A stretch of DNA of 64,000 nucleotides from Octopus vulgaris (lineage: Eukaryota). Positions within the stretch are counted from its first letter, which is position 1. Each line of letters opens with the position of its first letter. The notes below the pieces were generated by a model. It searched no databases. It was not told where the DNA came from and saw nothing but the letters and a program-made list of their open reading frames with translations. The position numbers and the translations under genes were made by a program. The stretch is from NCBI GenBank assembly GCA_951406725.2, contig OX597827.1, positions 17,546,001-17,610,000 on the forward strand, written 5' to 3'. Positions 27,275 through 40,420 of this stretch are shown here, piece after piece.

Positions 27275-27633
27275 GTGGAGACAAAAAGTCGGTTAAACAC
27301 CCACATCATGACAACTTCTTCACAGATATCGGTCGAGATATCGGCAGGTTCTGGGGCGGTCTATTCAAACACAAAAAACCTCACCACGAAGATGACGATG
27401 CTGCTGAAAAAAAGTCAAGCTGGAAAGGAAGTCTTCCGAAATCATCAGACAGTCAAAATATGGAGGCCATTTTGACGAAATCTATGTATGCACAGTTCAA
27501 AGCTTATGCCATGATGGCGGATGCTTATAAATTACTTGGAAACAGTGTTAAACTGCAGAGAGAGGCGTTGATGGATATGAATGACTCTGGTCCTGCTGAA
27601 AATTCACCAAGACCCCCGGAATGGCATAGATAA
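27275..27633 (+). CDS. Terminal coding exon of paralogue 2, unknown His/Asp-rich protein
   Basis: Acceptor ttcgttgcag|GTGGAG (phase 1), open to TAA, AATAAA at ~27692 and 27721; 19/32 identity with paralogue 1 across the C-terminal motif. Confidence 0.82.
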
Positions 27634-27869
27634 TTTTTAGAACATTTAATCGATTACTAGAAATATACGCGAAGTTTTGAGACAAATATAAATAAAACTA
27701 AAATTGTATTGGAAATTGATAATAAACCATTAGGATAAGGAATGTGCCTCATAAAATATGTATTCCGCCTTTTTGTCTTTTATTATTTTTTTGCGGGTTT
27801 TATGAATATAGGTGAGCTTGGTTTCCTTTCATTAATCATGATGAATATAGACACATATATATTCAAAAT

Positions 27870-27937
<68 letters not shown>

Positions 27938-28095
27938 AGATGGAGAGAGAGAGAGATAGGCAGAAAGGTAGGTAGGTAGATACTTATATAAATATATATG
28001 GTCTTACCACTATGAAAGGAATGTTCTCAAGAAAATTTAGCAAACACCAGACTGTAAGCGAGCAAGACAAATGAAAATAAACGAAATATAGATTA

Positions 28096-28168
28096 ATCAT
28101 AAACTAGTTTCGCTATTAACACTTACGCAAAATTACTTACGTAATTGTCCGTAGCTCTTCAGTATGAT
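28096..28168 (-). ncRNA. Type I hammerhead ribozyme motif with canonical core
   Basis: Minus strand: atcata-CTGAAGA-gcta...tagc-GAAA-ctag-TT-tatgat; 6-bp stem I, G10.1-C11.1, palindromic stem III, GUU triplet. Confidence 0.7.
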
Positions 28169-28481
28169 CGTCATTGCAAATATTATTTGAAGAACGATAC
28201 ACGAGACGTGCGCTTGATATTGAACATGTATTCAGTTCTACCAATTACATTTGGAGTTATCTTTCAAAAGATAAATTTGCTAAATTTTCTTCAGAACATT
28301 CCCCTCTTAGTAGTAAGGCCATAGCAGATCTACATCTAGCATGATGGATGTCCACGTAGTGATCATCCCTTTTAAATGCATGTAATATAATTTTCTGAAT
28401 CTTCAGATTTTAATATGCTAGACCACTGGTTATAAATTGATATTAACCAAGTTAATATTCAATTTTTCACTCTTATTATTT

Positions 28482-28529
<48 letters not shown>

Positions 28530-28772
28530 AGATAAGAAAATGGAGAAATACATCTAAATAAAATATCAATTACCAGATAATACTCAATCACATACTTTAT
28601 TAAACCACCATATAAGAGACTGTAGGGTTAAATATAAAAAGCAGAACAAATCAGTGTACATAAAGGAATGTACATAAAAAAGTGTACATAAAAGAGTAAT
28701 GTTGTATAATAAGTAGAATATATATAAAAGAGAATATAAATATAGGTAAATATAAATATAAGTATAGATTAC

Positions 28773-28899
28773 ATCTTACAGCTGTTTCGGCCATGTAGAT
28801 AAGTATGTCTCATTTTACCAATATTAGCCCTTTATGGTTGGTTAATATATAGATATAAATGAGACATTTACAAAAATATCATAAGGCCTCTTCGGAGAT
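28773..28899 (-). ncRNA. Hammerhead-like motif with a mutated core (CCGAAGA)
   Basis: Minus strand: atct-CCGAAGA-ggcc...long stem II...ggcc-GAAA-cagctg-TA-agat; U4C substitution, probably a dead copy. Confidence 0.5.
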
Positions 28900-29984
28900 T
28901 ATGTAATATAAATCAGTCTACATATATACCCACATGGGTGTGTGTGCATACCCATAATACAACATATGCATATACATATGAGTGCATATACTCACACTCT
29001 TATACATATAAAAATTTACATATACATAATGATATAAATAAATAATATAAATTAGTAAACATATATATGTGTTCCACATTCAATGTCTCAGTTTTTTTAC
29101 TCAATATTGTGATAATAAACATACACAAATTAGTACCTAGATGCAAATATACATAGTCAATTGAACATTTTTTTACGTCATAATAATTTCTAAAGTGTCA
29201 TTAAAGTTAGCATCATTATCGTTGTCAATACCATTAATGTTACAATTATTATCATTCATAATATTATTAATAACGCTTACATTGGGATCCAGAGCGGTAT
29301 ATATGTATGTCCGAGTTCCAATTAGTAATTTTCCTTATGACATAAATACACTATTGGATTTGAATTTAAAATTATCATTATCTTCCTCACGGTTGGTCAA
29401 TTGAGAGCCGCCCAACCTCCACCACACCGCACAAGCAAAACATACACATCCACATCTAATCCTAAACCCACACATCCACACAGAAACTCTCACAAACATG
29501 CAACCACACATGAATACACCTCGACACATCTCTACACATTCAATAAATTACAGAGTGCATGTCTGTCATCGCATGGCTTATAGACAAACCAGTACAGGCA
29601 GTAGTGTCTAACACTAACGCAGACACTCATACGCACATCCGCATATACGCATAAATATTAATACACTTTCCTATACTGTGTCAGGGAACTTACGCACACA
29701 CATATATATATATTTAAATCTATATCTGCGCACTCATACGTACAAATAAAACCTATATATATATCCACCCATGAATGAATATTTGCATATACATATATAC
29801 ATATCCATGTACGCACCTGCGTGCTCGTATGTGTAATAAAAACATACATCCATACATCCACCCACGATCATACCACCCAAAAACATACATACGAACACAT
29901 ACACATTTTCACACACCTACAGAGATTACTATTAATTTAGAATAAGTTTATTATAATTAAATAAATAGATATGAATGTGGAATG

Positions 29985-30342
29985 TGGAAGCACTCCGTCG
30001 GTTACGACGATGAGGGTTCCGGTTGATCCGAATCAACGGAACAGCCTGCTCGTGAAATTAACGTGTAAGTGGCTGAGCACTCCACAGACACGTGTACCCT
30101 TAACGCAGTATATTCAGCGTGACACAGAGAGTGACAAGGCCGGCCCCTTGAACTACAGGTACAACAGAAACAGGAAGTAAGAGTGAGAGAAAGTTGTGGT
30201 GAAAGAGTACAGCAGGGATCACCACCATCCCCTGCCGGAGCCTCGTGGAGCTTTTAGGTGTTTTCGCTCAATAAACACTCACAACGCCCGGTCTGGGAAT
30301 CGAAACCGCGATCCTATGACCACGAGTCCGCTGCCCTAACAG
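29985..30342 (-). mobile_element. Chimeric SINE: B-like head with the tail shared with 55358 and 58428
   Basis: Head GTTAGGGCAGCGGACTCG and tail ...GGAACCCTCATCGTCGTAACCGACGGAGTGC. Confidence 0.8.
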
Positions 30343-30775
30343 TCCATGTATAGATAAATAGACAAATAAAATGTAATACAAATTGAGGAGGGCACAAAGA
30401 TAAACCTAATATAGTAAGTATAAGTGGATACGCCGGAATGCACCCACATGCACATACATGTGCATGCACGCCCCCGCACGGACACGCGAGTTCATGGCCG
30501 GGCACACCCGCACACGTCCCTCTCGCACACACGATCACCAAGATACACACAAGAACACGCGTACAAGTACACGTGAATGTCCGCAAGCACAGCGCGCGAG
30601 AGTGCACACGTTAATGCACATGCACGGACGCGGACGCTGGCACACAAACTCCGGTGCAGCGCCACCCGGGCCCACGCCTGTGCCGCAGAAATCGCACAAC
30701 CCCCAACAAACCACCCGCAAAAAAAAAAAAAGAAAAAAGCCCACCTTACATGCTCATCGAGATTAACAACTTATA

Positions 30776-31120
30776 GTAGCGTATGGCTCAGTGGTTAGAG
30801 CGTCGAGATTACGATCGTGAGGTTGTGAGCTCGAATCCGGGACCGGGCTGCGTGTTGTGTTCTCGAGCAAGGCACTTTATTTCACGTTGCTCCAGTTCAC
30901 TCAGCTGTAGAAATGAGTTGCGACGTCACTGGTGCCAAGCTGTATCGGCCCCTTTGCCTTTCCCTTGGATAACACTGGTGGCGTGGAGAGGGGAGGCCGG
31001 TATGCATGGGCGACTGTTGGTCTTACATAAACAACCTTGCCCGGACTTGTGTCTAGGAGGGTAACTTTCTAGGTGCAATCCCATGGTCATTCATGACCGA
31101 AGGGGGTCTTTACCCTTTTT
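30776..31120 (+). mobile_element. SINE family D, full length
   Basis: tRNA-like head TGGCTCAGTGGTTAGAGCG...TCGAATCC; tail CTTTACCCTTTTTAC. Confidence 0.8.
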
Positions 31121-31314
31121 ACATATTACATACATATTGGTATAGTAAAAACTCAAACTAGTGCCCTAAGATATGATGCGCATATACATCTTACACCTAT
31201 AAAAGACTCTGTGGGGTTCCGAATATCATGCATATATCAGAATAACTATATATTTTTGTATATTTTTCCAGTCGGGACAGAAACAATCAATGTAGAACAC
31301 ATACAGTGAGACAC

Positions 31315-31390
31315 AAAAGTTATAAATTTTATATTCTTGATGGTGTCCCATAATTCCTGTTCAAAGTTATCCAGGTGTTTATAACCCTAT
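31315..31390 (-). mobile_element. Penelope-like ORF fragment
   Basis: Minus frame GYKHLDNFEQELWDTIKNIKF resembles the L..FE.DL...I.NIKF segment upstream of PLE reverse transcriptase; short match. Confidence 0.4.
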
Positions 31391-31392
31391 TA

Positions 31393-31906
31393 TCTATATA
31401 TATAAAACTGTAGTTGTGTGAGTGTCTGTCTCCTACGATTTAGATTCCTAACTCCTCCCACATCTTGCGGTGCAGTTTAACCAAATTCGGGTATCTTATA
31501 GTCGTGATTAATATCAAGCCCGTCTGGCTATTAGCGCGCGTCTACGATGAGTCTACGATTTTAAAAATAATTTAACATCATTTTTTATTCCATTTTAATG
31601 CATAATTTTTCGTGTGTCGATGGCGGCGGAGTTGGCGTCCATGCTCACACCTGCACCTGTGTTGCTTCTCCCCCTTCTTCCCTCCCTCGTGAAGCTGTGG
31701 GGAAGGGAGTTTAAGGAAATCAACGTCGTAATGCGTTGTCAAGGAGACTAGCGTTCTTTTAGAACAACGACTTCATGGCTTGAAGACACCAAAACAGAAA
31801 TGGCTAAGAAAGCCCGAATTGGCATCTATAAAGGAAGTAACTCTCTAAAAATGCCTATATAGTTATTTCCCTTACAAACCCGAGCAACGCCGGGCGATAC
31901 TGCTAG
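31393..31906 (+). mobile_element. Non-autonomous Helitron
   Basis: A|TCTATATATATAAAA 5' end, subterminal hairpin CCCGAGCAACGCCGGG, CTAG|T 3' end, no TSD. Confidence 0.8.
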
Positions 31907-31987
31907 TACTAAATAAGACTTTAATTTTTGCTAGGAAACATACCAACTTAAGTATGGGGGAGATAAAGTTGTTGAGTTTATTGTTGA

Positions 31988-32442
31988 CTAACAGCTAAAC
32001 CCGGTTTCACCCAGTCGGTTTGGTTGCTGTGACTGTAAAACCTGCTCTGTGTTAGCATTCGACTTGTTTGGGCACGCTTACGTTAAAAAAAGACAATTTT
32101 AGAATGACTTTTTTCTGTCAAAACGCTAGAAATAACTGACGAACAAAAAAACAGCCAAAATTCAACCAAATCAAAAATTAGACCCCAATACTAATCGAAC
32201 AAAGATGAACCATCACACTTCCATTGCGCGCGCGCACTCACATGCACACATACACACGCGCAAACACACATTCACATATCCATTTTTACATACAAACACA
32301 TATATTCACACAGAGTTGAAACGCTGTTTGATTGATTTTTCAGCGTACACTACCAAGTGTGATATCACCCTTCTTTCCTTATTCATCTATCTCCCCTTCC
32401 TTATGAATCACTTCATAAACGCAAGATTATTATTATAGTAGA
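31988..32442 (-). mobile_element. Non-autonomous Helitron, second family
   Basis: Minus strand starts A|TCTACTATAATAATA and ends with an imperfect hairpin CTGGGTGAAACCGGG then TTAG|T. Confidence 0.55.
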
Positions 32443-32468
32443 TTATCTCGGTAACCATTAGGCCATGG

Positions 32469-32750
32469 GGAGGCACATGGCCTAGTGGTTAAAGCAGCGG
32501 ATTCGCGGTCAAGATATCGCGGGTTCGAATCTCAGACCGGGCGATGTGTGTGTTTATGAGTGAAACACCTAAGTTCCACGAAGGTAATGGCGAACTTCTG
32601 CTGACTCTTTCGCCACAACTTTCTCTCACTCTTTCCTCCTGCATCTTACAGCTCACCTGCGATGGACCGGCGTCCGGTCGCAGGTGGGGAACCTATACGC
32701 TAAGGAAACCGGGAAACTGGCCCTACGCTCCACAAGGGGCAAAAAGGATT
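32469..32750 (+). mobile_element. SINE family B
   Basis: Consensus match with a small deletion. Confidence 0.85.
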
Positions 32751-32991
32751 AAGAAGAATCTCAATAACCATTGGCGCTATGAAAAAAATACGAAGCCCAG
32801 CATCACCACCGGATCATTCTACACATCTGTGTAATTTTTCGCGCAGTTCCACCCAGCCGTTTGACCGTGAATCCCAAGAAAAGAAAGAATCGACCATGTC
32901 AAATTTATATCTATATACAAAGGAAATGGAAGATAGATTTATACGACAATCGTTTATATAATGTATGTATGTATGTATGTATGTATGTATG

Positions 32992-33022
<31 letters not shown>

Positions 33023-33211
33023 TGTATGTATGTATGTATGTATGTATGTATGTATCCATGTAAGTATGTATGCAATGTATGTATGTATGTATGTAATGTA
33101 TGTATGTATGTAATGTATGTATGTATGGATGTATGTATGTGTCCATGTATGTGTCTATGTATGTATGTATGCATGTATGTATGCATGTATGTATGTATGT
33201 ATTTATGCACG

Positions 33212-33245
<34 letters not shown>

Positions 33246-33426
33246 TGTATGTGTGTATGTGTGTATGTATGTATGTAATGTATGTATGTATGTATGTATT
33301 TGTCTATATATGTATGTATGTATGTATGTATGGATGGATGGATGGATGGATGGATGGATGGAAGGATGGATGGATATGTATGTATCCATGTATGCACGTA
33401 TGCATATACGCATGCTTGTATATATA

Positions 33427-33465
<39 letters not shown>

Positions 33466-34012
33466 ATAAAATTCTTCAAGATGGTGCCGTAGCATGATCG
33501 CAGTCTAATGACGGAAACAAGTATAAGTTAATAAGGTAAAAAGCAAAAGATAAATATACGCATCACAAATATGATTAAACTACGTGTAAATAAGCTTATG
33601 CATATGTATCCTGGGTTTATATATGCCTCTGTGTGTGTGTGTGTGTACATGTATATGGAAGGTCTAAATATCAATGATGTAAATGTAACTTTATTTCAAA
33701 TTTTTCTTATGCTCATTAACTTTAGTAAATGTAATTCAGAAAGAAGAATCTTTTATTCAACTGCGCCATTATTATGAATAACTTTACAATTCCTAAACCA
33801 TCCAATCGAATCGGGGCCAAATCTATATCTAGAAATACAACACTTTCCCATTCTGTGATCAGTAACGCCAAAATAATCGTGTATGAATCGGAAACCATCT
33901 CTCCAAAACCAAACAAAGAAAAACGAAACCCTGAAGCTATACCCAAAGGAATACTTTGACGCTAATATGTTAAAGATATATATATATATGTATATATATA
34001 TGTATATATATG

Positions 34013-34045
<33 letters not shown>

Positions 34046-34611
34046 GTATATATATATATACATATATATACATATATATATATATATTCTTAAATACTTT
34101 GAAAGCAGGAATATAATGAAATGGACCAATTAAATTTTGCAATTGGAAGAAAACGCTATTGAATTCAGAATCAAGTGGGTAATCATTGCGAGATCGAATC
34201 GATATAGAATGAGAATGGGTGATGTGATTTATGAACGGTAAATAAAATCCCTATTCTTAAAATATTTAATAGTCTTGCTAACTTTCTAAACACAAGATCC
34301 GAGAGTTTTACAAAATGTCGACCTTTTGCGAAATATTTACTGAAAGATTGGACTGCTTTGTAACCAGGAGAATAAAAACACCCTAAGTTCCCATATAGCT
34401 GCTTGGACATTTCTTTTTATCCCGATAAACCTCTATTCTTCATATACATAGAGTTACTCATTTATTGATGTATATGCAACATATGTATATTCATACAAAT
34501 ATGCGTATGTGTGCACACATACCTATGCAGATATATTCTATTATAATATATTAATAGACTAACTAAAACATCACCGACGCCAAGTAACTTCTCTGATCTT
34601 ATTTGACATGT

Positions 34612-34900
34612 GGAGGCACATGGCCTAGTGGTTAGAGCAGCGGACTCGCGGTCGAGGGATCGGGGGTTCGAATCTCAGACCGGGTGATGTGTGTTTATGA
34701 GCGAAACACCTAAGCTCCACGCGGCTCCGGAAGAAGGTAATGCCGAACTTCTGCTGACTCTTTCGCCACAACTTGCTTTCACTCTTTCCTCCTGCATCTT
34801 GCAACTCACCTGCGACGGACCGGCGATTCGTCTAGGTGGGGAACCTATACACAGGGAAACCGGCCCTTATGAGCAAGGTATGGCTCGAGAAGAAACAAAC
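34612..34900 (+). mobile_element. SINE family B with TSD
   Basis: Flanked by atttgacatgt / atttgacacgt. Confidence 0.9.
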
Positions 34901-34939
34901 ATTTGACACGTATTTTATTTCTCTCTTTTATCCTTAATT

Positions 34940-36470
34940 CCACAAGGGTACGTGCCTAATCACTTGGCCTGCTGCTCACATCATCACCATGCACAAAATC
35001 AAGGAGGATAACTTTGCTTGCTGTAACAGTTGGAGCTTAACATTTCTGTTCATTACTTGAAGTTCTCGACGTGGGCTATGTTAAAACAAACTAGTTTCTT
35101 TAATACATGAAAATATCACGCTTGAATTACAATGCGGCCTCCACGTGGGTCAGGTAGATTCGGCATGATCTTCGTCCCAGAGTAACGTCAGAGAACCTTA
35201 CGAAATAACATCAAAACTAGTTCATTGAAGGCTCTATTAAATGCTTTCCAGGATATAAAGAGGGAACTGCTATAGAATCTCAGGAATTGTTTCTTGCCCA
35301 AATTTCGTAATCTTCTCCGCTGGTTCCGTGAATTTATAATGGCTTAAGTTGTTGGAACGTAAATATTTTGACCCCTTTACCGTAAAAATTTTCATTTGCG
35401 CAAAGTTGTGTGTGAACTTTCTCATTGTCTAATATCTTCCACCGCATGACATTACTGGACGCATAAGGGATTGACAGGCGAGGGTAACTTAATTTTCGAC
35501 TTAACAGGATGACAGGTTTTTTTGTCTTTTTTTCAACATAAGGCTGCAAGCTACTGCCACACTCAGATCTAAGCAGATCCTTGATCTGCAATAAAGTAAT
35601 TACTACTGCAGTTGCTCGTCTTCCAGAAGTTTTATGGGTTATCATGTTAGTAACCACTTCAGGTTATGAAAGAATCAGCCCAACAGTTGACGTCTTCAAT
35701 ACAAATAAAGTCTCTCAGTCTTGATACAGTACAGCTCTGAATCCTCTCTACTTTCTGATGATAACAGGAATACCTAGTCAACCCCTTACAGTTAAGATAT
35801 TTAAACAGCAACATTTCCATTGAGTTACCAATTGAAGAAGAGGATGTGAAGTATCTTAGACATGTTTCTGAATCCCCTTAGAAAGCTAAATAGGAATTCA
35901 TCCTAGACAAGAATCCCATCGTTTTCACTGATGGGTCTCAAATTATGCACCATACACAACGGAAACATTGACACTGAAGGCTTTTAATATAAAGTATCTC
36001 AGTTGCTCGATATGATAAATTTCTGCACATAGGAACACTCATACGAACCAACACAAACACCATTGGATCGAAACTGTACAGGTATCAACTAAGATAATTC
36101 GATCAAGATTGCACAAGTCGCACAAACGTGTTCTTCGTACGATCTAGTCTGGTCAGTGACTTCGTAGTCACTTGCTTGCTGGGGGATCAAAGAAGCGATT
36201 CAAGAACTAGTTGAATACGACTTTAAAAAGGCATGGCATTAATCGTTGGGGAGTGGAAGACATTGTTATGCGCTGGACACTTTGAGAGTTCTACTATTGG
36301 AGTCGGATTAGATATATAAAGAAAGAGACCCTCTCGGCACCAGCAGAAGGGAAAAAGCAAGGGAACGAGCATGTTCACAGAGTTACGCCTAGTTTCTCTA
36401 ACCAAATTTTTGGCATGCACTGTCTATGTCCGAAGCTGTACGTCAAGGATTAACGATGAACAGGTTTACA
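34940..36470 (+). mobile_element. Heavily decayed RTE-clade LINE (reverse transcriptase to C-terminus)
   Basis: Frame fragments in the expected order: W.AAHIITMHK, ENITLELQCG, VKYLR (cf. FKYLG), GGSKKRFKN...LKRHGI, C.SRI; many stops and frameshifts. Confidence 0.65.
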
Positions 36471-36485
36471 AATAGAGGAAATGTT

Positions 36486-36907
36486 GGATCTTTTCGGGTT
36501 GAACGGCAGTTTTTAACATAATTTCTAGGTAACTAAAAAATTATAAACTTCGTATACTGGTAGAATGTGTTTATAAAACATCTTTTTCTCTTGGCTTTAT
36601 TGAGAATATTCTATAGTTTGTAAGATATTTGTTGTTGTTTTTTCTTCAATCTCTGCAATTTCAACCAATCACTGACGTCTATTGAGCTAAAATGCATTCT
36701 GTGCCGTATGAATATGTCCCTCGTTTAAGAAACAGATTGGGTTTATTTACATTTGTGAAGAAAAATAGATATCCTCCCCCCATCCTAACCCTAACCCTAA
36801 CCCTAAAACAGATTGAAATGCAATAGATCGATTCTAGGGTCATAATTATGGGTGACAATTTCATATGACACTGCTAGAAAAAACTGCCGTTCAAACCGAA
36901 AAGATCC
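36486..36907 (+). mobile_element. Merlin-like MITE
   Basis: GG...CC TIRs of ~28 bp and a perfect 8-bp TSD gaaatgtt. Confidence 0.88.
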
Positions 36908-37506
36908 GAAATGTTCAACTATAGATTCGATGTCCGACCAGAAGCAAATACGAGTGAGAGTGTGTGATCGTATGAATGTATTTGGAAATGTGTATGTTTG
37001 TAAGTATATATTATGAGTATGATGATATTGCGACACGAATCTAATGTATTTTACTGCAAGGCAATATGTCCGGTCGCAATATAACATCTATTCTTTCAAT
37101 ATACTAATTTGATAGGATTTTTACCACCATATTTGCTATAGTTTTATCAGAAGATTGAAAGACAATTGTTGACACACAGTGATGTACGTTTAAACAATTA
37201 TCAGCTAGCCATTCTCTTTGTATATCTGTCTGCGTCTCTGCTTTTCTTTCTCTATCTGTTCTGTCTGTGTCCGTTTGACAATTTGTGTTTATATGGATGT
37301 ACAGGCGTGCGTTTCAACTGTAGGTACGTAGCGATCAATCTGTCCATCAATAATTATATCAATCAATCGATAAATCAATATAGTTATCTTTTATATGTCT
37401 GAGCCTTTATATCTCTCTATCTATCTCTATCATACATGCATATGTATGTATGCATGGATATATGTATGGATGTATGTAATGTATGTCGACTTATATACAT
37501 ATATAG

Positions 37507-37564
<58 letters not shown>

Positions 37565-37609
37565 ATGTGTGTGTGTGTGTGTGTAAATACATATTAATAT
37601 ATACAGGCA

Positions 37610-37647
<38 letters not shown>

Positions 37648-38001
37648 CATATATAAATATATATGTTTATTTATACATATACACACATATGAATATGTAT
37701 ATATATATATATAACATATATGTATATATATATATATACATATATGTATATATACATACATATGAATATGAATATGTATAATGAATGAATGTATTAAGTA
37801 CGTGTACACATTTAATCGCCTATCTATCTTTCTATCTGTCTATGCATATACTTGTCTAGTTTTCGCAATGTCTAATTAGTCAGACAGTTGCTTGTAAGCC
37901 TGTCTACGGACATAAGCGTTTTTTTTTCCTGTTCAATCTATTTACACGGTGACCTACATGTCCATCAATGAATCTGTATTCCGTCTAAATGTCATTATAT
38001 A

Positions 38002-38122
<121 letters not shown>

Positions 38123-38606
38123 CTGCATGTACGAGTATATGTGATCGGTTCGAATCATATATACAAAAGGAAACAGCTCTCAAAACTCGCATTTAATAAA
38201 AATTCGTATATGTAGGTAATACCGCAGCTCCTGATGTGTCAACGAGCCGAGTGACAAGAAAAAGTCATGGCTTCTAAATTAATATACTTGGGAGATTGTA
38301 TTCGTTACACTAGGACAGTATATGTGTGCGTAAGGACTGTATAGGTGAGTGTTCGTATACATACATACATACATACATATATACGAACACATACACACAT
38401 ACATACACACATATATATACACTTATATATATATATATATATATATACATATATAGATTTATACATCCACACATATATATATACATATATATATACATAT
38501 ACATACATATATTTATATATACATATATATAAATATATGTATGTATATACATACACACATACACACACACACGCACACAGACATAGATACACACACACAC
38601 ACACAC

Positions 38607-38669
<63 letters not shown>

Positions 38670-38671
<2 letters not shown>

Positions 38672-38850
38672 ATATTAGAAGGTTTGGAGATGATGTACAG
38701 GTATTATATATTAGAAGATATGAGGTACTCAAAAATCTGGATGGTTTTTATATTTACAGATATTTATTAGTATGTTACATGTTTTTATAAATCATATATC
38801 ATATATTAGCGCTTTCGTCCACTCTAGTGGAGTTTTCAAATTGAACTGTG
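38670..38850 (-). mobile_element. Same short pLTR-like repeat as 8265-8448
   Basis: Minus strand TTGAAAA-c-tccac taga gtgga-c-GAAA-gcgc-TA at 38805-38841. Confidence 0.55.
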
Positions 38851-39104
38851 TATATATACAGATATATATACACAGGTGTGGGTATGTGTTAAGATGTTCG
38901 CTTCCCAACCACATGGCTCCGGATTATGACTCACTGCACGGTTTGGCAAAAATAACCGATAGAATAAGTACTAAGTTTCAAAACATAAGTGTTATGGTTG
39001 ATGCTTTTGACCAAAATAAAATTCTTCAAGTTTCCCCAAGATGGCTCCAGTTATATGATTGAAACTCCTAAAAGACAAAGGACACACACGCACACATATA
39101 TACA

Positions 39105-39323
39105 TTCTTTTCTTTTATTCTTTTCTTTTATTCATATCACTTGACTGCGGCCATACTGGAGCACCACCTTTAGTCGAACAAATCGAACCCAGGACTTTTT
39201 CTTTGCAAGCCTAGTATTTATTCTATCGGACTATTTTGTCGAACCGCTAGGTTAGGGGACATAAACGCACCGACATCGGTTGTCAAGCGATGATAACGGC
39301 GTAGGATAAACACACACACAAAC

Positions 39324-39386
<63 letters not shown>

Positions 39387-39565
39387 GATATGTATATGTA
39401 TATACGACGGGCTTCTTTCAGTTTCCGTCTACCAAATCCACTCAGAAAGCTTTGGAGGCCCGAAGCTATAGTAGAAGAAACTTGCCCAAGGTGCCACGCA
39501 GAGGGACTGAACACGGAACCATGTGGCTGGTAAGCGAGCTTCTTATCACATATCCATGCCTGTGC
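39105..39565 (-). mobile_element. SINE family A
   Basis: Reverse-complement consensus, diverged. Confidence 0.8.
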
Positions 39566-39675
39566 CATACATACATACATACACACATACATACATGAAG
39601 ACAGAGAGGCAGACAGACTGGCAGGCAGACAGACAGTCTGAGAGGAAGACAGACAGACAGACGCATAGATAGATG

Positions 39676-39727
<52 letters not shown>

Positions 39728-40009
39728 CCTATAAATACTTATATAGATGTTGATATATATTATTCATATACAAGAATTTTGTTGTTAGTGACTTCGAAGT
39801 TTCGGCCAGATAACACATCGCCGAGAGTCCAACGACCGCTTAGCCAAAACTCTGAAGTCGCGTGGTATAAGAATAATAAATTCGTACTCCTCTAGAGTAC
39901 AGAGTACGCAACAGATTAATATAAAATTGTGTCTATTATAACAACATAAAAACAAACGTTAATACGTGTGTGTGTGTGTGTGTGTGTTTTGTATACATTT
40001 GTATACTGT

Positions 40010-40420
40010 TTTACTCTTTTACACTTTTACTTGTTTCAGTCATTTGACTGTGGCCATGCTGGAGCACCGCCTTTAGTCGAGCAAATCGACCCCAGGACTT
40101 ATTCTTTGTAAGCCTAGTACTTATTCTATCGGTCTCTTTTGCCGAACCGCTAAGTGACGGGGATGTAAACACACCAGCATCGGTTGTCAAGCGATGTTGG
40201 CGGGTACAAACACAGACACACAAACATATATAAACACACACATACATATATATTAAACATATATACGACAGGCTTCTTTCAGTTTCCGTCTACCAAATCT
40301 ACTCACAAGGCTTTGGTCAGCCCGAGAATATAGTAGAAGACACTTGCCCAAGGTGCCACGCAGTGGGACTGAACCCGGAACCATTTGGTTTGTAAGCAAG
40401 CTACTTACCACACAGCCACT
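40010..40420 (-). mobile_element. SINE family A
   Basis: Reverse-complement consensus. Confidence 0.88.

Noticed and set aside
36783-36805. Telomeric (CCCTAA)n repeat
   Set aside because: Only 2-3 units, and an internal part of every Merlin-like MITE copy.
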